Part shown: piece after piece, positions 49,801 to 61,800 of the stretch | Layout: each line of letters starts with the position of its first letter | Numbering within the stretch: the stretch's first letter is position 1 | Assembly (NCBI GenBank): GCA_024137785.1 | Contig: JAHRHZ010000002.1 | Coordinates: forward strand, 9,852,694-9,916,693 | DNA: 64,000 bases | Direction: 5' to 3' | Source: Ginglymostoma cirratum | Lineage: Eukaryota | Translations under genes and position numbers: made by a program | The notes under the pieces: model-generated | The model's input: only the letters and a program-made list of their open reading frames with translations | What the model was told of the DNA's origin: nothing | Databases searched by the model: none

Positions 49801-52800
49801 GACACTCCACCTTAGTCAGTGAGCTGTGTCCTATATTGACACTGTCCCTCTCAGTCTGTGAGCAACATTCTATACTGGCAGTATTCCTCTCAGGCTGTGA
49901 GCNNNNNNNNNNCTGTATCCTTACTGACATTGTCCCTCTCAGTCTGTCAGCTGTATCCTATACGAATACTATCTCCCTCAGCGTGTGCACTATATCCTGT
50001 AATTATAATACACCTTGACAGTCTGTGAGCTGCGCCTGTACTGGTACTGTCACTATCTATTTGTATGCCATTCCCTGAAATGATTCTGTCTGTCAGTCAG
50101 TGAGCTGTGTTCTATACTGATACTAAGCCCTCAGTCTGTGAGAACTGTCCTGTACCTGATACTGTCGCTCTCAGTCTGTGAGTATGACATGTACTGATAC
50201 TGTCCCTCTCTGTCTTTCAGCTGCTTCCTGTACCAACACCATTACAATGGTACATGAGCTATTCGCTGTATGGCTACTGTCTCTTCCCAAACCTTAGTGT
50301 TCATACTTGTCTTGGACTGAGCAGTGTGCATTAAACTCTGAGCTGCGTCTTGGTCTGATCAGGATGTCTCCACATATCGGCTGGGCTCTACACTGACAAC
50401 GTCACTCTCAGTCTGGGAGCTATATAAGGTCCTGATTCTGTCCATCAAAGTCTAAGTCCTGCGCTGGTATTGTCCTGTAAGTCTGTGATCTGTGCCCTGA
50501 CCTGATACTGTCCTTTTCATTCTGTGAATTGTGTCCTGTACTGATTCCAACCTTCTCGTTCAGTGAGTTGTGTCCTATATTGTTACCGTCCTTCTCAGTC
50601 TGTGAGCTGTGTTTTGGACTGACACTGTTCCTCTCAGTCAGTGAGACGTGACCCGTACTAATATTGCCCTCTCAATCTGTAGGCTGGCTCCCGTAGTAAT
50701 ATTGCCTCCAGCAGGCTGTGAGCAGTATACGGTATTGATTCTGTCCCTCTCTGTTCCTGTCCTACATTGATACTATCCCACTCAGTCTGTAAGCTTTTCA
50801 TTGTCCTGAAACTGTCCCTGTCAGTCTGTAGCCTACTGTCCCTTCTTGACCTCATTCCAAAACTGCCCATCTCACAATTTGGGCTATGGCCTGTGCTAAT
50901 ACTGGCCCTCTTATTCTCTGAACTGTGTACTGTATTGATCCTGTCTCATTCCAGTTCTTGAGTTGTGTCCTGGACTGATACTCTTGTACTCATTTGCAGT
51001 AACATGTCCTATACTCACATTGTCACCTCAGGCTGTGAGCTGTGTTCATTGTTGAAGCTGTCTCCATCTCCAAGCTGTATCTTGCGTTGATGCTGTCTCT
51101 CTCTGTCTTTGATTTGTGCGCTATACTCATGTTGTCTCATTCCTAACTATTGCCCCTAGCAGTCAGTGAGCTGTATCGTGCATTGAATCTGTCCCTCTCT
51201 GTCCACATCCTGTAATAAAACTGTCCCACTCAGCCTGTAAACTGTGACATGTTCTGTAACTCTACTTCTCAGTCTGTCAGTTGTGTTCCGTAAACTTAGA
51301 TTCAGATTTAGGTTTTATGGTCACGTGTCCTCAAGTACAGGGTACAAGAGAAAAGTTTACACTGTCGCCACGCACAGAGCCATTTTAGGTGCAAGGAACC
51401 AAGACACAAAATCTTAGATACAGAAATAGAAAAATAAGGAACAAGTTAAAAAGTAGTGACGGGCTTCCTCTCAGTATCTCCCTACAGTTCAGCTGTCTCT
51501 CTGCTCATATTAATTCCCAAAGTAGGGTTTCCATTGTGATACTGCCCATAGCAGTCTGTGAACGGTGCCCAGTGTTGATTCAGTCCGTCTGGCTTGTATT
51601 GATACTGTCCCTCTGAGTCTGTGGGACGTGTCCCGCACTGCCAATGACCCAAGAGTTTTTTGACCTGCAACTGTAATTATACTGTCCATCTCAATCTCAC
51701 GGATATGTCCCAAACTCAAACTGTCCTTATGAGGCTATGAGCTGTATCATGCATTGGTACTGTCTTCTTCAGCCTGCTAGCTGTGTCCTGTACTGATGTT
51801 GACCCTCTCAGATGATGAGCTGAGATCTGTACTGATTCTGTCCCTCTCAGTCTGTGACCTCTATCCTGTACCAATTCTGTCCCTTTCAATCTGAGCTGTG
51901 TTCTGTACCATAGAACAGTACAGGCCCTTTGGCCCACCATGTTGTGCCGAACTTTTACACTAATCCTAAGGTCTATTTAACCTCCACCCCTACTTTATAC
52001 TATCATCCATATGCCTATCTAACAGCCGCTTAACTGCCCCTAATGAGGCCGACTCCACTACCGTCTCCGGCACTGCCTTCCAAGCCCCGATCTCCCTCTG
52101 AGTAAAGAACCTGCCTCGGACATCTCCCCTGTATCTACCTCCACTCACTATGCCCCCTCGTAATAGCTACCTCCACCCTAGGAAAAAGTCTCTGGCTGTC
52201 CACTCTATCTATACCTCTGATCATTTTGTACACCTCTATCAAGTCACCTCTCATCCTTCATCGTTCTAAAGAGAAAAGCCCTAGCTCTCTCAACCTTTCC
52301 TCGTAAGACCTTCCCTCCATTCCAGACAACATCCCGGTAAATCAACTCTGCACCTTTTCCAATGCTTCCACATCTTTCCTGTAATGAGGCGATGAGAACG
52401 GGACACAATACTCCAGATGTGGCCAGACCAGGCTTTCGTATAGCTGGAGCAGAACTTCACGGCCCTTGAACTCAATCCCTCTATTAATGAAAGCTAACAC
52501 ACCATACGCCTTCTTAACAACTCTATCCACCTGGGTGGCAGCTTTCAGGGAACTGTGCACATGAACCCCAAGATCCCTCTGCTCCTCCACACTGCCAAGA
52601 ATCTGTCTGTTAACCCTGTATTCTGCTTTCAATTTTGACCTTTCAAAATGAACCATGTCACACTTTTCAGCGTTAAACTCCATCTGCCACTTCTCAGCCC
52701 AGCCCCGCATCCTATCAATGTCCCTTTGTAACCTAGAACAGCCCTCCGCACTATCCACAACTCGACCCACCTTCGTATCGTCCGTGAACTTACTAATTCA

Positions 52801-55800
52801 CCCTTCCACTCTATCATCCAAATCATTTACAAAAATCACAAATAAAAGAGGACCCAGAACAGATCCTTGTGGTACACCACTTGTAACTGAGCACCATATT
52901 GAATATTTTCTGTCCACTACCACCCTTTGTCATCTAAGGGTCAGCCAATTCTGAATCCAATCTGCCAAATTTCCCCCTATTCCATGCGTCCTTACCTTCT
53001 GCATGAGCCTACCATGGGGAACATTATCAAACGCCTTACTTAAATCCGTGTATACCACATCCACTGCTCTACCTTCATCCATGTGTTTGGTCACCTCTTC
53101 AAAGAATTCAATAAGATTTGTGAGGCATGATCTACCCCTCACAAATCCATTCTGACTATCTCGAATCAAACTGTGCCTTTCCAAGTGATCATAAATCCTA
53201 CCTCTCAGAGCCCTTTCCAATAATTTGCCCACTACTGACGTAAGACGAACTGGCCTGTAATTTCCAGAGTTATCCCTATTCCCTTTTTTGAACAAGGGAA
53301 TGACGTTTGCCTCTCTCCAATCTTCCAGTACTATACCCATGGACAGTGAGAACGAAAAGATCACCAAAGGCCCTGCGATCTCTCCCCTCGCTTCCCACAG
53401 CATCCTTGGATAAATCCCATCAGGCTTGGGGGACTTATCCATCTTCAAGTTCCTCAAAATTCCTGTATATCATCTTTACTAACATTGACCTCCTCTAGCC
53501 TACCAGCCTGTTTCACACTGTCCTTCTCTATAACTAGGTCCCTCTCAGTTGTGAATACCGAGGAAAAGTATTCATTAAGGACCTCTCCTATCTCTTTAGG
53601 CTCCGTGCACAAATTCCCTTTACAATCCTTGATCGGCCCTACCCTTTCTCTGGTTATTCTCTTATTCCTCACGTACATGTAAGAAGCCTTGGAGTTTTCC
53701 TTGATTCTATCTGCCAAGGTTTTCTCATGCCCCCTTATAGCTCTCCTAAGCCCTTTCTTCCTCTCCTTCCTGGGTAACTTGTATCCCTCTAGAGCCTTTT
53801 CCATTCCTTGTTGCCTAAACCTTACATAAGCATCCTTCTTCCTCTTAACCAGTCATTCGACCTCTCTTGGGAACCAAGGCTCCCTCACTCGATCACATCT
53901 TCCCTGCCTGCTAGGGACAAACATATCGAGCACAAGCAGTATGCATTCCTTAAACAATCTCCACATTTCAATAGTGCTCTTCCCTGACAGCATCTGTTCC
54001 CAATTTATGTTACCCAGTTCTTGCCTAACAGAATTGTAATTACCCTTCCCCTAATTATAAACCTTACCCTGCTGTATGTACCTTTCCTTTTCCATGACTA
54101 TTGTAAAAGTAACAGAGTTATGAGTTTCAGAAAAATTCAGAAAAGAAGGGTCTAGGCACGAAACGTCAGCTTTCCTGCTCCTCTGATGCTGCTTGGCCTG
54201 CTGTGTTCATCCAGCTCTACACCTGACTCTGTAGACATATCATTCTCGAACTGCCTTTCAGTAGCTGCTATACTAGCCCTGACTAGCAATGCCACTCCCC
54301 CGCCTCTTTTTCTACCTCCCTATTTCTTTTAAAGCATCTAAATCCTGGAATTTCCAACAACCATTCCTGTCCCTGAGTTACCCATGTTTCTGTAATGGAC
54401 CACAACTGGCCTTCTCAGTCTGCGAGCTCTGTTCTGAACTGACACTGTCTGTTTCAGTCTATGAGCTGTGTCCAGTACTGAGACTGTCCCTCTCACGCTG
54501 TGAGCTGTGACCTGCACTAACACTGTCCCCCCCCAACTCCAGTGCGTGAGCTATATCCTGTAAATATATTGCACCCTCTCAGTCTGCGAGCTATGTCCTG
54601 TACTGAAACTGTCACTCTCAGTCTATGAGCTATGTCTTGTGTTAACACTGACCCTCTCAGTCTGTGAGCTGTGTCCTGTGCTGACACTGACCCTCTCAGT
54701 CTGTGAGCTGTGTCCTGTACTGACACTGTCACTCTCAGTCTGTGAACTGTGTTCTGTAATGACATGCTCCCCATCATTGAGATCTCCCCCTCCACATATT
54801 AATTCTGAATGCTTCTTCAGATATCTTTTCTTGGAATCTCTGTGCAGCAGAGTTGAAATCTGATTCTTTCCTCAAACACCCTGTAAGTTGATTCTGCTTA
54901 CGAAATGCAGTTGATGCCAAACTTAGTTAACAAGCCAAGCCTCCAGCAGAATACTGACAAATGGCATTCTCAAATCATTCTTTTCTTCCTGTTCTACTTG
55001 TTGGACCTGTTTTGTGCCACCGCACCCCTTGTGGGTTTAACAGAAAACCTATTGTCATGAACACATTCCTCATCTTGTGTCGCTGGGATGTCGACCGTCT
55101 TATTGGATTGTGTATGCAATACTACCTTTGGCATTCTGTGTATATTGTGTCTCAGTAAACCACATTATTGATACTGTCTCTGTCAGTCTGAAATGTGCCC
55201 TATACCGATGCTGTCCCCCTCAAACTGTGAGTTGTGTCCTGTACTGATATTGTCCCTGATACCCTATGAGCCATGTCCTATCTTGTACTAATACTGTCGT
55301 TTCAGTCTGTGAGCTGTGTCCTATACTGACACAGTCCTTCTCAAGCCGAGAGCTTTGTCCTGTACAGGTATTGCCCTACCTGTCTGTCATCTGTGCCTTG
55401 TGCTGATACTGACTCTCTCAGATGGTGAGCTGGGACCTGCACGGATTCTGTCCTTCTCTGTTCGGGAGATGTGTCTAGTACTGACACTGTACCTCTCAGT
55501 CTGCAAAACGGATCTTGTACTGACACTGTCCGTCTCACTCTCTGCATTATGTCCAATATTCATACTGACTCTCTGAGGCTGTCAGCCATGTCTTGTATTG
55601 TTTCTATCCCTCTCGGTACAGGACATGGACTGACAATGTCTTACTCAGTCTGTAAGCTGCATCCTTCATTGATATTAGCCCCTTCAATCTCTGAGTTGTG
55701 TCTGTACCGATAATGTCCCTCTCAGTCTGTGAGCTGTGTGTTCGGTAGTAATATGCTTCTTCTCAGTATCTCCCCATTGCTGAGCTCTGCCTCTATGTGT

Positions 55801-58800
55801 TAATTCTCAACATTTTCTCACAAATTGTATTCTGGATTCTCTGTGCAGCAAAGCCGAAACTTGATTCTGGCACCAGAGAGTGGTGACTCTTTGTGAATGG
55901 CATGCAAAACAGTACTTTTCGCTATATTTCAGTACATGTGACTATAAATCCAACCTAATCTAAATTTATTCTGCTTGTGAGTTGCGATTGATGCCAAATT
56001 AGGTTGAGAAGCCAAGCCTCCAACACAATACTGACAAATGATATTTTCAATCGTTCTTTTCTTCCTGCTGTACTTGTTGGGCATAGTATGTGCCTCCGCA
56101 CCCCTTGTGAGCTTAATATAGAACCTAATGTCATGAACAAATTCCTAGTCATGTGTTGCAAATATAGCAATCATATCTCTGGATTGTGTATCCAATACTG
56201 TCTGTAGCATGCCTGCACATTTTGTGTCTCATAGGTTAACTACATTTTTCAGAGTCAGAATCTCTGTATCCACAATCATTGCTGAATCTTTCCTATTTAA
56301 TATGGAGTACAATGGTTCATGGTCAGTCTCTCTGAGCATTTTAAGCCAAGGAAATTAATAAGACTATGAGGCAGCCTTGATCGGTTTATCTCCTGGTAGA
56401 ATATTTGTTCTTCTCCCCAGCCAATCCCTTCTAACGTCAGTATTTTGGATGGAACTTAATTCTGTCCTCAGCGTTAACAATTTCAGAACCAAACACCCTC
56501 TACAAAACGAGTCAAATGTGTGACGGAATACTTCCCACTTGTCTGGAAGAGTGCAGCTTCAACATAACTCATGAAACTCAACACCCACAAGGATAAAGCA
56601 TTCAACAAGGGGACTCCATCACTTTCAACATTCATTGTCTTCATCATGATGCAGAGTGACATCAGTATATGTACTTTCAACAAGATACACTGCAGAATCC
56701 TGCCAAGCATAATTTAACAGTACATTCCCAACTCAAAATCTCCCAACTCTTATGTCAAAGGGAGCAGACACATGGGAACACCACCTTCAAGTTCATCTTC
56801 TTGTCACAAAGCATCTTAATTTACAGGCATGTCACCGTTCCTTCACTGTCACTGTAACATCATATGTAAATCCACTCCCTAACAGCACTGTGGTTGTTTC
56901 AGCCAAAGGTGGACTGCAGTTCTTCAATGTTCTTGTCGCCATCACCTTCGCAAGGTAAATATCAATGGGCGAGGAATCCTGGCCCTACCTCTAAGTCTCT
57001 CATATCTCTAACTAATAAAAACCTCGTAGCTAATTACACTGGAAAAACAGCAGACCATTCAGCTTCTTAAGTCTGTTAACACTCAAACGGAGAAGGCCAT
57101 TCAGCCCTCGAGCCTGCTATGTAGGAACAGGAAGAGGCCATTTGCAAGATATTCAGTTCCTTGAATCTGTTATGCTGGATACCAGAAACGGAAAGAGGAC
57201 AAATGTCTTGTCTATGCTGTATATCCAACTGACCTGGCTGCAAGATGGAAATCACCATTGAACATGTCTCATATTTCAGGTCACATAATAATGGTAAGCC
57301 TGGAGGCATGTTAGTATATAATTACATTTCTATCAAAAACAACCCCTTTACAGACAAAAACAACAAATACTTGCAACTATTACATTGTGAGTTGTCCAAT
57401 TTATCCACTATGTACACAACTGTTCCCATGCAACAGAAGTTTCTTACTCTTGTCAGTCTCTGCACATGAATAGCACACAGTCTTTAAGTTGTACCAGTCT
57501 TCATTGTTGGCTATTCACTGGGTGATATTGCTTCTCCAGGAAGTTTGATGCACAAGTAACCTATCATTTCCTCAGCACCCACTTATTTCCAGTATTGCTG
57601 TTCACGGACCTCCAGAACTGATGGTTGATTTCCGGCCTCTGAAGATGGTGTGCTCACATTTCCTTCATCAACTAGATGCAGTGAAGGAACAATTGCTCTA
57701 GTAATTGCGATGGGGTCGCCTAATCAGGAAGAACAGAAATTAAATCGATAGCAAGAAGTGATATAGAGTCAGAAGGTGTTGAATCTTTGTAGGTAGAATT
57801 GAAGAGCTGCTAAGGAAAAAAGACCGTGATGGGAGTTATATACAGGCCTCCTAGCAGTGTTCATGGTGTGGGGATGAAAATAAATCAGGAGATAGAAAAG
57901 GCATGTAAAAAGGGACAATTACAGTAATTACAGGGTCTTCAATGTACAGGTGGGCTGGGAAAATGAGGTTGATTGTTGATCTCATGAAAAGGAATTTGTG
58001 GAATGAATGCCCAGGTTGATAGGGTTGTTAGGAAGGCGTATGGTGTGTTAGGTTTTATTGATAGAAGGATTGAGTTTCGGAGCTGAGGTCATGTTGCGGC
58101 TGTACAAAACTCTGGTGCGGCCGCACTTGGAGTATTGCATGCAGTTCTGGTCGCCACATTATAGGAAGGAGGTGGAAGCATTGGAAAGGGTGCAGCGGAG
58201 ATTTACCAGGATGTTGCCTGGTATGGAGGGAAGGTCTTATGAGGAAAGGCTGAGGGACTTGAGGCTGTTTTCGTTAGAGAGAAGAAGGTTAAGAGGTGAC
58301 TTAATAGAGACATACAAGGTGATCAGAGGATCAGATAGGCTGGACAGTGAGAGCCTTTTTCCCTCTGATGGTGATGGCTAGCACCAGGGGACATAGCTTT
58401 AAATTGTGGGGTGATAGATATAGGACAGATGTCAGAGGTAGGTTCTTTACTCAGAGAGTAGTAAAGGCACGGAATGCCCTGCCTGCAGCAGTTGTAGACT
58501 CGCCAACTTTAAGGGCATTTAAATGGTCATTGGATAAACATATGGATGATAATGGAATAGCGTAGGTTAGATGGGCTTCAGATTGGTTTCACAGGTCAGC
58601 GCAACATCGAGGGCCGAAGGGCCTGTACTGCGCTGTAATGTTCAATGAAATTTTTTTGGAGTAGTTTGTGGTAAAACCTCTAGGGAACAGGTGACGTGTG
58701 ATGAGGCAGACTTAATTAGGAAGCTGAAGGTGAAGAAACCCCTAGGGACAGTGATCTTAATATGTTAGAGTTCAAGCTGCTCAGCAGCAGTGGCATTAGA

Positions 58801-61800
58801 GATAATAGGTACCGCAGATGCTGGAGAATCCGAGATAACAAGGTGTGGAGCTGGATGAACACAGCAGGCCAAGCAGCATCATAGGAGCAGGAAAGCTTGA
58901 CGTTTCGGGCCTAGACCCTTCTTGGGCCCTGAGCAGGACACATGGCAGCCAGCATCAGAATAGGTGATGTTGTCAACAAGGCTGAAGCCTTGAACCAGGA
59001 CCCGTCTGGGCCCAGTGATTTCCAGCATCGGAAGGTAGGGCCAGGGTTATTGGGGCTGAGTAGGCAATTAGCTGGGCATTTCTTTTGACTTTGTTTCTTT
59101 AATTTCTTCTCTTTAGTTAGAATTCTAAGATAGCACCAGATGGTGACAATTCTTTGTATTTTTCAAGGTATTCCTGTATTCAGGTACACGTGACAATAAA
59201 ATCTAACCTCATCCACTCTGCAGTTTGAGAGGGAGAAGCTGGAATCAGATGTAACATTTGAGTAAAGGTAACTACAAAGACATGAGGGAGGAGCTGGTCA
59301 GACTTGTTTCAAAGGGGAGCTTAACAAGGAAGTCAGTGGAGAAGCAACGACAGGAGCTTATGGGGATAATTCAGGAGGCTCAACAGAAATTCTTCTCAAG
59401 GAAGAAGAAATGCACCAAGGGAGGAGAAAGCAAACATGGCTGACGAGGGAAATGAGGGGCAGCATACAGCAAAACAAAAGGCATACAATGTGGTGAATAT
59501 TAGTGGGAAGCCAGAAGATTGGGAAGCTTTTAGAAACCTGTGGAGGATATCTTAAAAAGCAATAAAAAGGGGGGGAAGAAGATGTAAATGAAATATGAGG
59601 GTAAGCTATCTTGTAATATAAAAGAAAATTGCAAGAGTTATTTGAGATATCTGAAAGGTAAGTGACAGTCAAGTGTCGAACAGCTGGAAAATGATACTGG
59701 AAAAGTAGTACTGGGGATCAAAGAAATGGTAGAAGAACTGAACAGAAACTTTGCATCAGTTTTCACAGTGAAGACACCGGTAGCTTACCAGAACTTCAAG
59801 AGAATTAGGGGGCAGAGGTGAGTATAGCAGCTATTAGGAAGGAAAAAATGCTGGGGAAACTGAAAGGTCAGAAGGTGGATTAACTACTCAGACTGGATGG
59901 ACTGCACCCCAAGGTTTTGAAGGAGATAGTCGAGGTGATTGTGGAGGCATTAGTGGTGATCTTTCAAGAATCAATGAAGGGAGGGTCCCAGAAGATTGGA
60001 AATGGCTAATGTAACACCCCTATTTAAAAAGAGGGTTAAGGCAGAAGACAGAGAATTATGGGTTGGTTAGCCTGACCTCGGTCGTTGGTAAGATTTTAGA
60101 ATCCATTATTAATGAGGAGGTTGTGAAGTACTCGGAAGTCCATGGTAAAATAAGTCTCAGTCAGCAGGACTCTAAATGGATTCAAAAATCTTGCTAACAA
60201 CCGAGGCCTCACTTCATCAAGGGAAGGTCATGAGTCACAAATCTGTTAGAATTTTTGAGGTAACAAACAAGTTAGACAAAGAAAAGCCAACGGACATGAT
60301 CTATTTCCTGCTTTCATCCATGTTTTGGTTGTCATGTGTCATCAGTGCTCTCTATCCCACTCAACTTGAATTTGTTACGAGCACTGCCCCAGCTGCTTTC
60401 ATTGCTCATGTTATGCCAGGAGATCACATCTCTCACTTTCTTCAGACTCTACTCAATTCTAATGATTTGCATGAAGCGCTTCAGGATATGTCCACAACTT
60501 CTTGCAGCCATTTCATCTTGGCTGTGAATTTATCTTGTAGTCCCAATATTGCTGATAGTTTTAAAAACTAACAGTTTGCATATCATTTAGCCATTTCTAT
60601 TGTGAGTTAACATGGTGAGAAAAAGCTGTTTCAGACTAACACAGGAAACATTTTAAGTGTAGTTTCTGCAAATTTGGAAACCAGCCAAGAATGATTGGGG
60701 AGCCTCTACTAAGAAACTACTGAAGAATGAGGAACTAATAAATAGGTATTAGCAAATGCTAGGTGTATAACTTTTAACAGAAAATTTACATTGTCAGTTT
60801 TCACTCCACAAAATTGTGATTCCCAAGCAAAGAGATAAGGAATGCTGAGCTGAAACCTCCCTAACTTGACTAAGTATTGTATAGACTCAGCCAATTAGGT
60901 GAAGAATTGAGCATTATTTAAATCATAGAATCCCTCCAGTGGGGAAGCAGACCCTTTGGCCCACAAACCCATCCACCTATAGCCCACCAAATCTACACAT
61001 CCCAGAACACTATGGGCAATTTAGCATGGCAAATCTACCTAATCTGCATACCTTTGGACTGTGGGAGGAAACCAGATCACCGGGAGGAAACCCACATAGA
61101 CATGGGGAGAATGTACAAACTCCACATGGACAGTTGCCTGAGGGTGGAATCAAACCCAGGTCCCTGGTGCAGTGAGGCAGAAGTGCTAACCACTGAGCCA
61201 CCATGCTACCCCAAAATAGTGATCGCATTGTCCCCAGCTGGGCTCGAACCACCATCCTTTCGGTTAACAGCCGAAGCCACTAACCACTTGCACCACAGAG
61301 ACGGACATCTCCTGTGCTTATTATTATGCAACTGTTAGATTTGGAAATTTTATGCTGAGATCTGATGTATTATTGTTGGGAAAAGTATTCACAAGCATAG
61401 AAAAATGTTGTGTGAGTCAGAAACCAATCACAATTAAACAACAGTTGAGTTAATCAATGACTCTTCGAAAGTTAGGCTGATTGGAGATAACTAAATATGA
61501 ATCAATTAGGTAAAATGAACCTTTCACAGATATTTTATTAACCTATTTGTAGTGATTGTAACAGCTCGACTTCACAGAATAGGAATTCCTTGATTGGGGC
61601 TGTTAATCTTGTCCAATCGGGGATCCCTGGCTGAGAGATAAAAATAGAAACAGATTTTGGCAAATACAGAGCATAAATACACCCAGATAGTGGAGGAAGG
61701 TTTGGCAGTCATATTCACAGTCAGGAAATTCCACCAATACCTTTAGAGACAAATTTGTAATAACAATGGATCACAAGCCCCTGCTAGGTCTAATGAAAGA

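Larger units (their letters stand above)
47500..51908. repeat. Degenerate 39-bp minisatellite array (consensus ~CTCAGTCTGTGAGCTGTGTCCTGTACTGACACTGTCCCT), block 1
   Basis: Recurrent motif throughout. Interrupted by SINEs at about 47975-48322 and 48463-48780, a LINE tail at about 51297-51460, and the N-gap. Confidence 0.9.

Noticed and set aside
54517-54795. ORF with 13-aa repeats ([13 protein letters not shown])
   Set aside because: It is simply the translation of the 39-bp satellite; neighbouring units carry stops and there are no splice signals.
47500-55745. CRISPR-like or RSS-like array (CACAG motifs on the minus strand)
   Set aside because: Units are contiguous with no unique spacers and the DNA is eukaryotic. 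No CACAGTG heptamer with an ACAAAAACC nonamer at 12/23 spacing was seen, and there are no V/J segments.
61229-61302. Functional tRNA-Asn
   Set aside because: Mismatches in the D stem, T stem and acceptor stem, and discriminator G>A; kept only as a pseudogene.
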